In this document: positions 1-6,809 of the stretch, piece by piece
Layout of the letters: each line of letters begins with the position of its first letter
How positions within the stretch are numbered: position 1 is the first letter of the stretch
Source of the DNA: Candidatus Rokuibacteriota bacterium
GTDB taxonomy: Bacteria > Methylomirabilota > Methylomirabilia > Rokubacteriales > CSP1-6
Length of the DNA: 15,220 nt
Assembly: GCA_016184305.1 (NCBI GenBank)
Contig: JACPCX010000140.1
Coordinates: 1-15,220, forward strand
Direction of reading: 5' to 3'
The notes under the pieces: generated by a model
Seen by the model: only the letters and a program-made list of their open reading frames with translations
Database searches by the model: none
Told to the model about the DNA's origin: nothing
Translations under genes and position numbers: made by a program

Positions 1-339
1 GACCGCACGAAGGACCTCATCAAGTCCGGCGGCGAGTGGATCTCGAGCGTGGACCTCGAGACGACCATCATGGGCCACCCGAAAGTCCTCGAGGCCGCCG
101 TCATCGCGGTGCCCCACGAGCGCTGGCAGGAGCGGCCGCTGGCCTGCGTGGTGCCGAAGCCCGAGCACAAGGACTCGCTCACGGCCCAGGAGATCCTCGA
201 CTACCTCGCCCCGCGCGTGGCCAAGTGGTGGCTGCCCGACGAGGTGACCTTCATCGAGGCCGTGCCCAAGACCAGCGTCGGCAAGTTCGACAAGAAGGTC
301 CTCCGCGAGCGCTTCAAGAGCTGGAAGCCGAAGGCGTGA
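1..339 (+). CDS. Long-chain fatty acid/acyl-CoA ligase (ANL adenylate-forming family), C-terminal part, 5' truncated by window edge
   Basis: Frame 1 is open from base 1: [20 protein letters not shown]...[26 protein letters not shown]...[11 protein letters not shown], the A8-A10 motifs of AMP-binding enzymes; TGA at 337-339. Confidence 0.95.
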   Translation, partial: DRTKDLIKSGGEWISSVDLETTIMGHPKVLEAAVIAVPHERWQERPLACVVPKPEHKDSLTAQEILDYLAPRVAKWWLPDEVTFIEAVPKTSVGKFDKKVLRERFKSWKPKA

Positions 340-352
340 GCACGGGGACGGG

Positions 353-580
353 ATGCGCAGCCTAGCCGACGAGCTTCGCGCCGAAGACCGCCGGGCGCTG
401 CACGCGCTCGGCGCCGCCGAGCGCGTCGCCCTCGCGCTGGCCCTGGGGAAGCGCGATCTGGAGCTCTTCCGCGCGGCCCGGCGCCCGCCGCTCTCCCGTG
501 CCGAGGCGAGACGGCTCCTGGACCGCCAGCGTCAGCGCGGCCGGCGGCGCTCCGGCTGCATCGACGCGTTGCTGGCGTGA
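353..580 (+). CDS. Small helical hypothetical protein (75 aa), probable partner of the downstream nucleotidyltransferase-like gene
   Basis: ATG preceded by GGGGACGGG. Its stop overlaps the next GTG (GTGA 577-580). The ERVALALAL motif resembles small proteins found upstream of minimal nucleotidyltransferase genes (recalled, not verified). Confidence 0.6.
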   Translation: MRSLADELRAEDRRALHALGAAERVALALALGKRDLELFRAARRPPLSRAEARRLLDRQRQRGRRRSGCIDALLA

Positions 581-829
581 GCCTGCTTCCGGGGGCGGTG
601 GCCCTGTTGCGCGCGCGGGACGTCCTTCGCGGTGATAGGCGCCGCCCCGATCCTCCTCAAGCTCTACGCGGGAGGGCCCCAGGACGCCTGGGACATCCAC
701 CAGCTGCTGGGCGACGCGGAGCGCGCCGCCACCGTAGCGGCCGTCGAGAGCCGCCTCCCCGCCCTGCCCCGCGAGTGCCGGGCGCTGTGGGCTCGTGTCC
801 TCGGCGGCCCGGGCGACCGCGGGGGCTGA
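577..829 (+). pseudogene. Nucleotidyltransferase-like (pol beta superfamily) gene, frameshifted and internally deleted
   Basis: MSLLPGAVALLRARDV (577-624), then one out-of-frame C at 625, then FAVIGAA (626-646) fused directly to PILLKLYAGGPQDAWDIHQLL...LWARV. The N-terminal FAVIG and C-terminal LKL..G.PQD..DI motifs are present; the catalytic D-x-D core is missing. Confidence 0.6.
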
Positions 830-912
830 CCCCGCGCGTGGTTGCCCTGTCCCTCGAGAAGGTGGCTGCCCTCGACCGGGCCCTCCGCTTCGCCCTCGCC
901 CTGCCGGAGTGA
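826..912 (+). pseudogene. C-terminal remnant of a MazF/PemK-like toxin
   Basis: Frame 1 reads LTPRVVALSLEKVAALDRALRFALALPE*, resembling the terminal helix (LS.E.M..VD.AL..AL.L) of PemK/MazF toxins; no N-terminal part is present. Confidence 0.5.
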
Positions 913-957
913 TTCCCGGCACCGGCCCCCCGCCTCGCCTTCTCCACTGCCGGACGC

Positions 958-963
958 CATAAT
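958..963 (+). promoter_or_regulatory. Putative -10 box (CATAAT) for a leaderless GIY-YIG transcript
   Basis: AT-rich hexamer ending 5 nt before ATG 969; no Shine-Dalgarno in between. Confidence 0.45.
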
Positions 964-968
964 CCGAA

Positions 969-1310
969 ATGCCCTTCGTCTATATCCTGCGCTGCCGGGA
1001 CGGGTCGCTCTACACGGGGAGCGCGAAGGACATCGCCCGCCGCCTCGCGCAGCACGCGAGCGGGCGCGCCTCGCGCTACACGCGCTCGCGGCTGCCGGTG
1101 ACGCTCGTCTGGACGCGCCGGGTGCGCTCCTGGAGTCGCGCCCTCAAGGAGGAGCGCCGGATCAAGGGGCTCACGCGGGCGCAGAAGGACCGGCTCCTGC
1201 GAGCCGCGGGCGCGGGCTCATCTGGGCCGCTCGGCTCATGCTTCCGGCGCCGAAATTTGCTATCGTCAGTGTCGCGTCGGAAGCGTCCGGATCGGGGGAT
1301 GGAGGACTAA
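969..1310 (+). CDS. GIY-YIG nuclease family protein (UPF0213/YhbQ-like)
   Basis: FVYILRCRDGSLYTG...RRLAQH..G.ASRYTRSRLPV.LV...ALKEERRIK.LTRAQK; the last ~30 aa look non-conserved. Confidence 0.92.
   Translation: MPFVYILRCRDGSLYTGSAKDIARRLAQHASGRASRYTRSRLPVTLVWTRRVRSWSRALKEERRIKGLTRAQKDRLLRAAGAGSSGPLGSCFRRRNLLSSVSRRKRPDRGMED
1258..1266 (+). promoter_or_regulatory. Putative extended -10 (TGCTATCGT) for the CBS-fprA pair
   Basis: TGn-TATCGT in an AT-rich patch ~85 nt upstream of ATG 1350; SD GGAGGG precedes the ATG. Confidence 0.4.
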
Positions 1311-1349
1311 CGGACCGGAGGGGGCCCGGCGGCTCCCGGAGGGTATGCC

Positions 1350-1784
1350 ATGAGCATCGCGCATCTGCTGGCCGGGAAGGGCCGCGGGGTGGTCACGATC
1401 CAGCCGGAGGACAGCATCCGGCAGGCGCTCGGCCTCCTTGCTCAGCACAATATCGGCGCCCTCATCGTGGTGGACAGCCGGCAGCAGCCGGTGGGGATCC
1501 TCTCGGAGCGCGACATCGTGCGCGAGGCGGCGAGGAATGAGGGCGTGTTCACCCAGCCCGTGAGCGCGCTCATGACGAGGGACGTCGTCATCGGCGGGCC
1601 CCAGGACGACCTGCATTCCGTCGCGCACACGATGATCGAGCGGCGGATCCGCCATCTCCCGGTGATGGATGGTGGGGCGCTGGTCGGGATCGTCTCGATC
1701 GGCGACGTGGTGAAGGCGCAGCGCGACCAGTATCAGGGCGAGGTGGAAACCATGCAGACCCAGCTCCTGGCCAACAAGACCTGA
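1350..1784 (+). CDS. CBS domain pair protein
   Basis: HNIGALIVVD...VGILSERDIVR and MTRDVV...RRIRHLPVMDGGALVGIVSIGDVVK; SD GGAGGG upstream. Confidence 0.95.
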   Translation: MSIAHLLAGKGRGVVTIQPEDSIRQALGLLAQHNIGALIVVDSRQQPVGILSERDIVREAARNEGVFTQPVSALMTRDVVIGGPQDDLHSVAHTMIERRIRHLPVMDGGALVGIVSIGDVVKAQRDQYQGEVETMQTQLLANKT

Positions 1785-1794
1785 GAGGCGTTCA

Positions 1795-3195
1795 ATGACC
1801 CAGCCCGGAACCGAGGCTCACCCGCTCCGCGTCGCCATCGTGGGCGCAGGGCCCACGGGCTTCTACGCCGCCGACCAGCTCCTCAAGCAGCAAGGAGTCG
1901 TCGCCCAGGTGGACATGTTCGACCGCTTGCCGACTCCCTACGGCCTGGTGCGCGCCGGCGTGGCGCCCGATCATCAGAAGATCAAGTCCGTCACGGCCGC
2001 CTTCGAGAAGGTGGCCGCCCACCCGCGCTTCCGCTTCTTCGGCGGAGTCGAGCTCGGCAAGCACGTGACCGCGGCCGACCTCCGGCAGCACTACCACCAG
2101 CTCTTCTACTGCACCGGCGCCCAGACCGACCGGCGCATGGGGATCCCGGGCGAGGACCTCGCGGGCAGCCACCCGGCCACCGAGTTCGTGGCCTGGTACA
2201 ACGGGCACCCCGACTACCGCGATCTGCACTTCGACCTCTCGCAGGAGCGGGCGGCGGTGGTGGGCGTGGGCAATGTCGCTGTGGACGTGGCGCGCATCCT
2301 CTGCCGGACGCCCGAGGAGCTGGTGGCCACCGACATCGCCGACCACGCCCTCGAGGCGCTGCGCAAGAGCCGCATCAAGGAGGTGTACCTCCTCGGCCGG
2401 CGGGGCCCCGCCCAGGCGGCGTTCACCAACCCCGAGATCAAGGAGCTGGGGGAGCTGGCCGACGCCGACATCGGCGTGCGGCCGGAGGAGGTCGCGCTGG
2501 ACGAGCTGAGCCGCGGGGCCCTCGAGCGCGACCCGGATCGCGCCACGACCAAGAAGGTGGAGATCCTCCAGAGCTACGCGCTCCGCAGGCCCAGCGGCAA
2601 GACACGGACGCTGACGGTGCGCTTCCTGGTCTCTCCGGTGGAGCTCATCGGCAACAGCGCCGGCGAGGTGGTGGCCATGCGCCTCGTGAAGAACACGCTC
2701 CGGGCCACGGCGACCGGGACGCTGCAGCCGAAGCCAACGGGCGAGTTCGAGGAACTGCCGGTGGGCCTGGTCTTCCGCTCCGTGGGCTACCGGGGCGTGC
2801 CGCTCCCGGGCGTGCCCTTCAACGACTCCTGGGCGGTCATCCTCAACGAGAAGGGGCGGGTCCTCGATCCCGGGACGAAGCAGCCGCTCGTCGGCGAGTA
2901 CACGGGGGGCTGGATCAAGCGCGGGCCCACCGGCGTCATCGGCACCAACAAACCGGATGCCGCCGAGACCGTGGCCTGCATGGTCGAGGACCTGGCGCAG
3001 GGGCTCACGCTCCATCCCGCCGCGCCCAGCGGCGAGGCGGCCGAGCGGCTCATCCGGGAGCGCCAGCCGCGATTCTTCTCGTTCCAGGACTGGCTCAGGC
3101 TCAACGAGCTGGAGGTGGGTCGCGGCCGGGCCATGGGCCGGCCGCGCGTCAAGTTCACGCGCGTCGAGGAGATGCTGCAGGCCCTCGGCCGCTAG
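1795..3195 (+). CDS. fprA: Ferredoxin/adrenodoxin-NADP+ reductase (FprA-like)
   Basis: VAIVGAGPTG (FAD), PTPYGLVRAGVAPDH, FVAWYNGHPD, GVGNVAVDVAR (NADP), GRRGPAQAAFT, GWIKRGPTGVIGTNKPDA. Confidence 0.93.
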   Translation: MTQPGTEAHPLRVAIVGAGPTGFYAADQLLKQQGVVAQVDMFDRLPTPYGLVRAGVAPDHQKIKSVTAAFEKVAAHPRFRFFGGVELGKHVTAADLRQHYHQLFYCTGAQTDRRMGIPGEDLAGSHPATEFVAWYNGHPDYRDLHFDLSQERAAVVGVGNVAVDVARILCRTPEELVATDIADHALEALRKSRIKEVYLLGRRGPAQAAFTNPEIKELGELADADIGVRPEEVALDELSRGALERDPDRATTKKVEILQSYALRRPSGKTRTLTVRFLVSPVELIGNSAGEVVAMRLVKNTLRATATGTLQPKPTGEFEELPVGLVFRSVGYRGVPLPGVPFNDSWAVILNEKGRVLDPGTKQPLVGEYTGGWIKRGPTGVIGTNKPDAAETVACMVEDLAQGLTLHPAAPSGEAAERLIRERQPRFFSFQDWLRLNELEVGRGRAMGRPRVKFTRVEEMLQALGR

Positions 3196-4307
3196 CCGCA
3201 GATGCGCCGGATGTCGGCCCAGTCGTAACCGTCGAGGAGCTTCCGTGATGACGCCGGCACCGGCGCGCGGGCGAGCCGCGTGAGCCGGGCGACCCGCTCC
3301 TCCGGGGCCGGGTGGGTCGAGAGGTACTTGAGCAGCGGCCCCGCCTCGCCGCGCCGCTTCTCCATCCCCTCGAAGAACGCGATCATGCCCGCGGGATCGA
3401 TGTGGGCCGCGAGCAGAAGTCGCATGCCCTCGGCGTCGGCCTCCTCCTCCGCGGCGCGGCTGTAGCGTAGCGTGCCCAGCACGCGGGCGCTCTCGAGCCC
3501 GTAGGCCATGACGCCGCTCACGTCCCCGGTGAGAGCCGTGAAGAGAAGCCCGGTGGACACGTGCTGGACCAGCGCCTTCGTGGCGTGGCGCTGCAGCACA
3601 TGCTGGATCTCGTGGGCCAGCACCCCCGCCAGTTCCTCGGGCGTGCGCGTGCGCTCCAGGAGACCCCGGAAGACCACGATGAAGCCGCCGGGCGCCGCCA
3701 GGGCGTTGACCGTCGGATCGTCCACCACGGTGATGCGGAACGTGTAGGGTGTCCGGGGAAGCGGCGCGATCACGACCTTGACCATGTCGTCGATGATTCG
3801 CTGGCGCGTCGGCTCCGCGCACGCCTTCCCCGCCGGCACCAGATGCTCCACGATCGAACGGCCGAAGCGCTCCTCCCAGGAGACGGGCACGCGCGCAGCC
3901 GCCACGGCCGCCGCGGCAGGGATGCCCCAGAGATAGAGCCCCGCCGCGATGGCGACCACCGCGAGGGCCGCAAGAACCGTGAGCGCCACGCGCCTGCGGC
4001 GACGGCCGGGATCGTGGAAGCGCGACGCGACCTCCGGGGAGATCCCGTGAAGACTCGCCAGGAAGTCGGCATCCGCCACCAGCAGGGCCTCGGGCAAGTC
4101 CCCGCCTCGCTCGAGCCGCACCTGCTCTCCTGCGTAGGAGCCCTGGGTCTGACGGACCTCGCCGTAAGGCCACCAGAGCGTCGCGCCGCTCTCGGTGCTC
4201 ACCTCGAGCCCCCCGCGCATCAGCCGGATCTGCGCCCGCTGGCGCGCGGGCGTCCGCCCGTCGAGGTACACGCCCTCCCAGTCGCTCCTGACGCTAGCCG
4301 AGGTCAA
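3192..4307 (-). CDS. M48 family zinc metallopeptidase with N-terminal domain and single TM helix (YjgN partner)
   Basis: VNALAAPGG, EELAGVLAHEIQH (HExxH), YSRAAEEEAD, YLSTHP; TM segment VALTVLAALAVVAIAAGLYLWG. The TTG start is uncertain; the stop overlaps the fprA stop (CTAG 3192-3195). Confidence 0.9.
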   Translation of the reverse strand: MTSASVRSDWEGVYLDGRTPARQRAQIRLMRGGLEVSTESGATLWWPYGEVRQTQGSYAGEQVRLERGGDLPEALLVADADFLASLHGISPEVASRFHDPGRRRRRVALTVLAALAVVAIAAGLYLWGIPAAAAVAAARVPVSWEERFGRSIVEHLVPAGKACAEPTRQRIIDDMVKVVIAPLPRTPYTFRITVVDDPTVNALAAPGGFIVVFRGLLERTRTPEELAGVLAHEIQHVLQRHATKALVQHVSTGLLFTALTGDVSGVMAYGLESARVLGTLRYSRAAEEEADAEGMRLLLAAHIDPAGMIAFFEGMEKRRGEAGPLLKYLSTHPAPEERVARLTRLARAPVPASSRKLLDGYDWADIRRICG

Positions 4308-5241
4308 AACCGCCCCCCACGTCCAGCAGGCCGGCGAGCCCCTCTCCCGTCGCCGAGGCTGCCCGCGCGTCCTGCTGGATGGCGTCCAGATCCAGCGGCC
4401 CCTCGAGCGTCAGGTAGCGGAAGGCGAACCGGACGCTGCGCACCCTGGCCCAGGGCCAGGCGAGCCCCAGCGTCAGAACAAGCAAGAGGAGATTGCCTGC
4501 CATCAACCGGAGGAGCGGCCAGCCCGTCACCGTGGAGCGGAAGCGCGCCGCGCCGAAACAGGTATGCCCCCAGAAGTAGCGCCGCTTCCGCGCCAGGTAC
4601 CAGAACCAGATGAGCCCCAGCGTGAAGGGTGTCAGCAGGAGCGTCAGGAGGAAAGGCCCGAACAGGGCCCGGCCGGCACCGTCGAAATCGAAGCGCCGGG
4701 TGCCGAACCAGGAGTTGGCAGTCATGAACGCGTGGCGCTGGGCGTCGAAGAATGGGTAGTAGAGACCAAACGTGAAGGAGCTCGCCACCGATCCCACGAC
4801 GAAGATCTTCACGAAGTCCCGCGCCCGGCCGCGGAACGAAAAGCGGATCCCCCGCCACGAGGAGCGGCTCAGCCGGTAGCGGCGGGCCCCCACCGTCGCC
4901 AGCGGGATGAAGACCACGAGCAGGAGGTACACCAGCAGGCCCGCCAGCACCTTGAGCCCGATCCAGACATCGAGGACGTCGCGCACGACCGTGAGCACGA
5001 TGACTGGAACGACGAAGAAGAGCATGGCCTTGAGGAAGCCGATCAGGAGCTCCCGCCCGGTCCCGTGATAGGCGAAGCGGTCGCCCTCGATCTCCGACTG
5101 GCTCAGCACGTACTTCCGGACACGCACCTTCGCCCAGAAGTAATAGACGCCCAGCGTCACCAGCGTGAACAGGACGTTGACGATGTAGATGCCGAACAGC
5201 GAGCCACCGCTGCCGTGGAAGAAGAGCCGACGTCGCGGCAC
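4294..5241 (-). CDS. YjgN/DUF898 family inner membrane protein
   Basis: FHGSGGSLFGIYIVNVLFTLVTLGVYYFWAKVRVRKY, RFAYHGTGRELLIGFL, SRSSWRGIRFSFRG, LTLGLAWPWA. Confidence 0.92.
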   Translation of the reverse strand: MPRRRLFFHGSGGSLFGIYIVNVLFTLVTLGVYYFWAKVRVRKYVLSQSEIEGDRFAYHGTGRELLIGFLKAMLFFVVPVIVLTVVRDVLDVWIGLKVLAGLLVYLLLVVFIPLATVGARRYRLSRSSWRGIRFSFRGRARDFVKIFVVGSVASSFTFGLYYPFFDAQRHAFMTANSWFGTRRFDFDGAGRALFGPFLLTLLLTPFTLGLIWFWYLARKRRYFWGHTCFGAARFRSTVTGWPLLRLMAGNLLLLVLTLGLAWPWARVRSVRFAFRYLTLEGPLDLDAIQQDARAASATGEGLAGLLDVGGGFDLG

Positions 5242-5251
5242 CGCGCCGGTG

Positions 5252-5929
5252 TCAAGCAGGGCCCAGCCTCCTCTCCAGATGACGGGCGTAGCGCGACATG
5301 GAGTAGGTGCACACCCAGTAGATGACGGCGATGAAGAGGTACAGCTCGAAGGGGCGGATCTCGCGGTTGTTGACCACCTGGGCGGCCTTCGTGAGGTCCA
5401 TGAAGCCGATGATGGAGGCCAATGATGTGTCCTTGAAGAGGACGATGAACTGGGTGACGAGCGACGGGATCATGTTCTTCAGCGCCTGGGGGAGGACGAC
5501 ATGCCGCATGGTCTGCGCGCCCGTGAGTCCCACGGCCGTCGCCGCCTCCACCTGCCCGCGGGGCACCGACTGGATCCCGGCCCGCACGATCTCCCCGAGA
5601 TAGGCGGCCTCGAAGATGACGAAGGCCGCCAGGGCCACCCCGAACTCCGGGATGGCCGTCTGCAGCACGATGGGCATGATGAACCACATCCAGAAGATCA
5701 CCATGACCAGCGGCACGCCCCGGAAGAACTCCACGTAGAGGGTGGCGGGGAGGCGGATCCAGGCCTGCGGGGCGAGCCGGCCGAGGCCGATGAAGATGCC
5801 GAGGAGAAAGCCCAGGACGATGGCGGGGATGGCCAGCCGCAGCGTCCCGCCCACGAAGTTGCCGAATCCGAGGAACCCCTGGATCAGCAGGAACGGCAGG
5901 TTGCGCCAGACGACCCCGAAGTCCAGCAT
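5252..5929 (-). CDS. Polar amino acid ABC transporter permease (GltK/HisM-like)
   Basis: YVEFFRGVPL, EAAYLGEIVRAGIQSVPRGQVEAA, LFKDTSLASIIG. Start is ATG 5929 (MLDF) or ATG 5935. Confidence 0.95.
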   Translation of the reverse strand: MLDFGVVWRNLPFLLIQGFLGFGNFVGGTLRLAIPAIVLGFLLGIFIGLGRLAPQAWIRLPATLYVEFFRGVPLVMVIFWMWFIMPIVLQTAIPEFGVALAAFVIFEAAYLGEIVRAGIQSVPRGQVEAATAVGLTGAQTMRHVVLPQALKNMIPSLVTQFIVLFKDTSLASIIGFMDLTKAAQVVNNREIRPFELYLFIAVIYWVCTYSMSRYARHLERRLGPA

Positions 5930-6000
5930 TACCATGGCGCCGGCACCCGGACTGTCGTCCGCCCGCGCCCTGCGACTCGCTCCGCTCGTCCCCTCCCCAT
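5929..6000 (-). other. Repeat-encoded mini-ORF MGRGRAERVAGRGRTTVRVPAPW* (23 aa), overlapping both neighbours
   Basis: ATG 6000-5998 overlaps the previous TGA (TGATG); TAA 5931-5929 overlaps the permease ATG 5929-5927 (TAATG). Translation is not shown. Confidence 0.4.
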
Positions 6001-6034
6001 CACGCGGGCACCCGGACTGTCGTCCGCCCGCGCC
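5942..6034. repeat. Two identical 28-bp REP-like hairpin repeats (5942-5969, 6007-6034) separated by 37 bp
   Basis: GGCACCCGGACTGTCGTCCGCCCGCGCC occurs twice, with internal stem CGGAC-TGTC-GTCCG (5948-5961, 6013-6026) and an outer GCGGGC/GCCCGC stem in copy 2. Confidence 0.9.
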
Positions 6035-6062
6035 GAGCGCCCGGCCTCCGCGCGAGACTCAT
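6000..6062 (-). other. Repeat-encoded mini-ORF MSLARRPGARRGRTTVRVPA* (20 aa), overlapping both neighbours
   Basis: ATG 6062-6060 overlaps the permease TGA 6061-6059 (ATGA), with SD GGGGAG 6 nt upstream; TGA 6002-6000 overlaps the next ATG. Translation is not shown. Confidence 0.45.
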
Positions 6063-6784
6063 CGGCGCTCCCCACGGCCGCCGGTGATGAGCCCTGGAAT
6101 GGCCGTCCGCCGCTCCACCCACGCCATGATGGAGGCGATCGACACGCACAGGACGAGGTAGATGAGCGTGCCCGCTGTCAGCGCCTCGATGGCCTTGGCC
6201 GTGTAGGTCTCGATCTGGCGCGTCTGGAACGTCAGCTCCGCCACGCTGATCGTGAGCGCCACCGAGGAGTTCTTGAGCAGGTTCAGCGACTCGCTGGTGG
6301 CCGGGGGAATGATGAGCCGGAGCGCGATGGGCAGGATCACGTGGCGATAGGCCTGGGTCACGGTGAGGCCGGAGGCCACCGAGGCCTCGAGCAGCGTCCT
6401 CGGGATGGACTGGATGCCGGACCGGAGGACCTCGGAGAAGCGCGCGCCGCTGTAGACTCCCAGCGCGCAGACCGCCGCCCAGAACTCGAGGCTGTGGGCG
6501 AAGACCCAGTCCTGGAGGGCGCTCGGCAGGAGCGGTGGCACCCCGAAGTACCAGAAGAACATCCAGACGAGGAGCGGGACGTTCCGGAAGAACTCGACGT
6601 AGACCGTCGCCACCGCGCGCAGGGGCTTCCAGGGCGCCGTCCGGAAGGCGCCCGCGACGATGCCGAGCACCACGGCCATCAGCCAGGCCAGCACCGACAG
6701 CTCGAGGGTGAGGATCAGACCGCTGAGCAGCCATTGCCCCGACTGCCCGGTCCACAGCACCGACCAGTTGAACTGATACGTCAC
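6059..6784 (-). CDS. Polar amino acid ABC transporter permease (GltJ/HisQ-like)
   Basis: MTYQFNWSVLW, YVEFFRNVPLLVWMFFWYFG, SEVLRSGIQSIPR, LNLLKNSSVALTISVAELTFQTRQI. Confidence 0.95.
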   Translation of the reverse strand: MTYQFNWSVLWTGQSGQWLLSGLILTLELSVLAWLMAVVLGIVAGAFRTAPWKPLRAVATVYVEFFRNVPLLVWMFFWYFGVPPLLPSALQDWVFAHSLEFWAAVCALGVYSGARFSEVLRSGIQSIPRTLLEASVASGLTVTQAYRHVILPIALRLIIPPATSESLNLLKNSSVALTISVAELTFQTRQIETYTAKAIEALTAGTLIYLVLCVSIASIMAWVERRTAIPGLITGGRGERR

Positions 6785-6809
6785 GGGGACGCCCGCTCCC
6801 GGCGAGGCA

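Noticed and set aside
336..365. Mini-[12 protein letters not shown] starting in the ligase stop (GTGA) as another coupling relay
   Set aside because: Its stop (363-365) lies inside the next gene and does not overlap ATG 353, so it does not meet the exact-overlap pattern.
577..912. Single 111-aa protein from the ORF track
   Set aside because: It is a chimera: 16 plausible codons, an out-of-frame Arg/Pro/Gly-rich middle and an unrelated MazF-like tail.
969..1310. Homing endonuclease or intron-encoded protein
   Set aside because: It is a short stand-alone UPF0213-type domain with no DNA-binding extension and no interrupted host gene.
1792..4173. 793-aa minus-strand ORF and other long shadow ORFs (5501-7009, 8084-9856, 12729-14588, etc.)
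   Set aside because: These are antisense or off-frame shadows of well-supported genes, expected in high-GC DNA; they are Arg/Gly/Pro-rich with no motifs.
5942..6034. Minimal CRISPR array (28-bp palindromic repeat, 37-bp spacer)
   Set aside because: The dimensions fit, but there are only two repeats, no AT-rich leader, no cas genes and no GAAAC/G-type end. The hairpin extends outside the repeat, and the site is inside an ABC operon. A REP-like element is more parsimonious.
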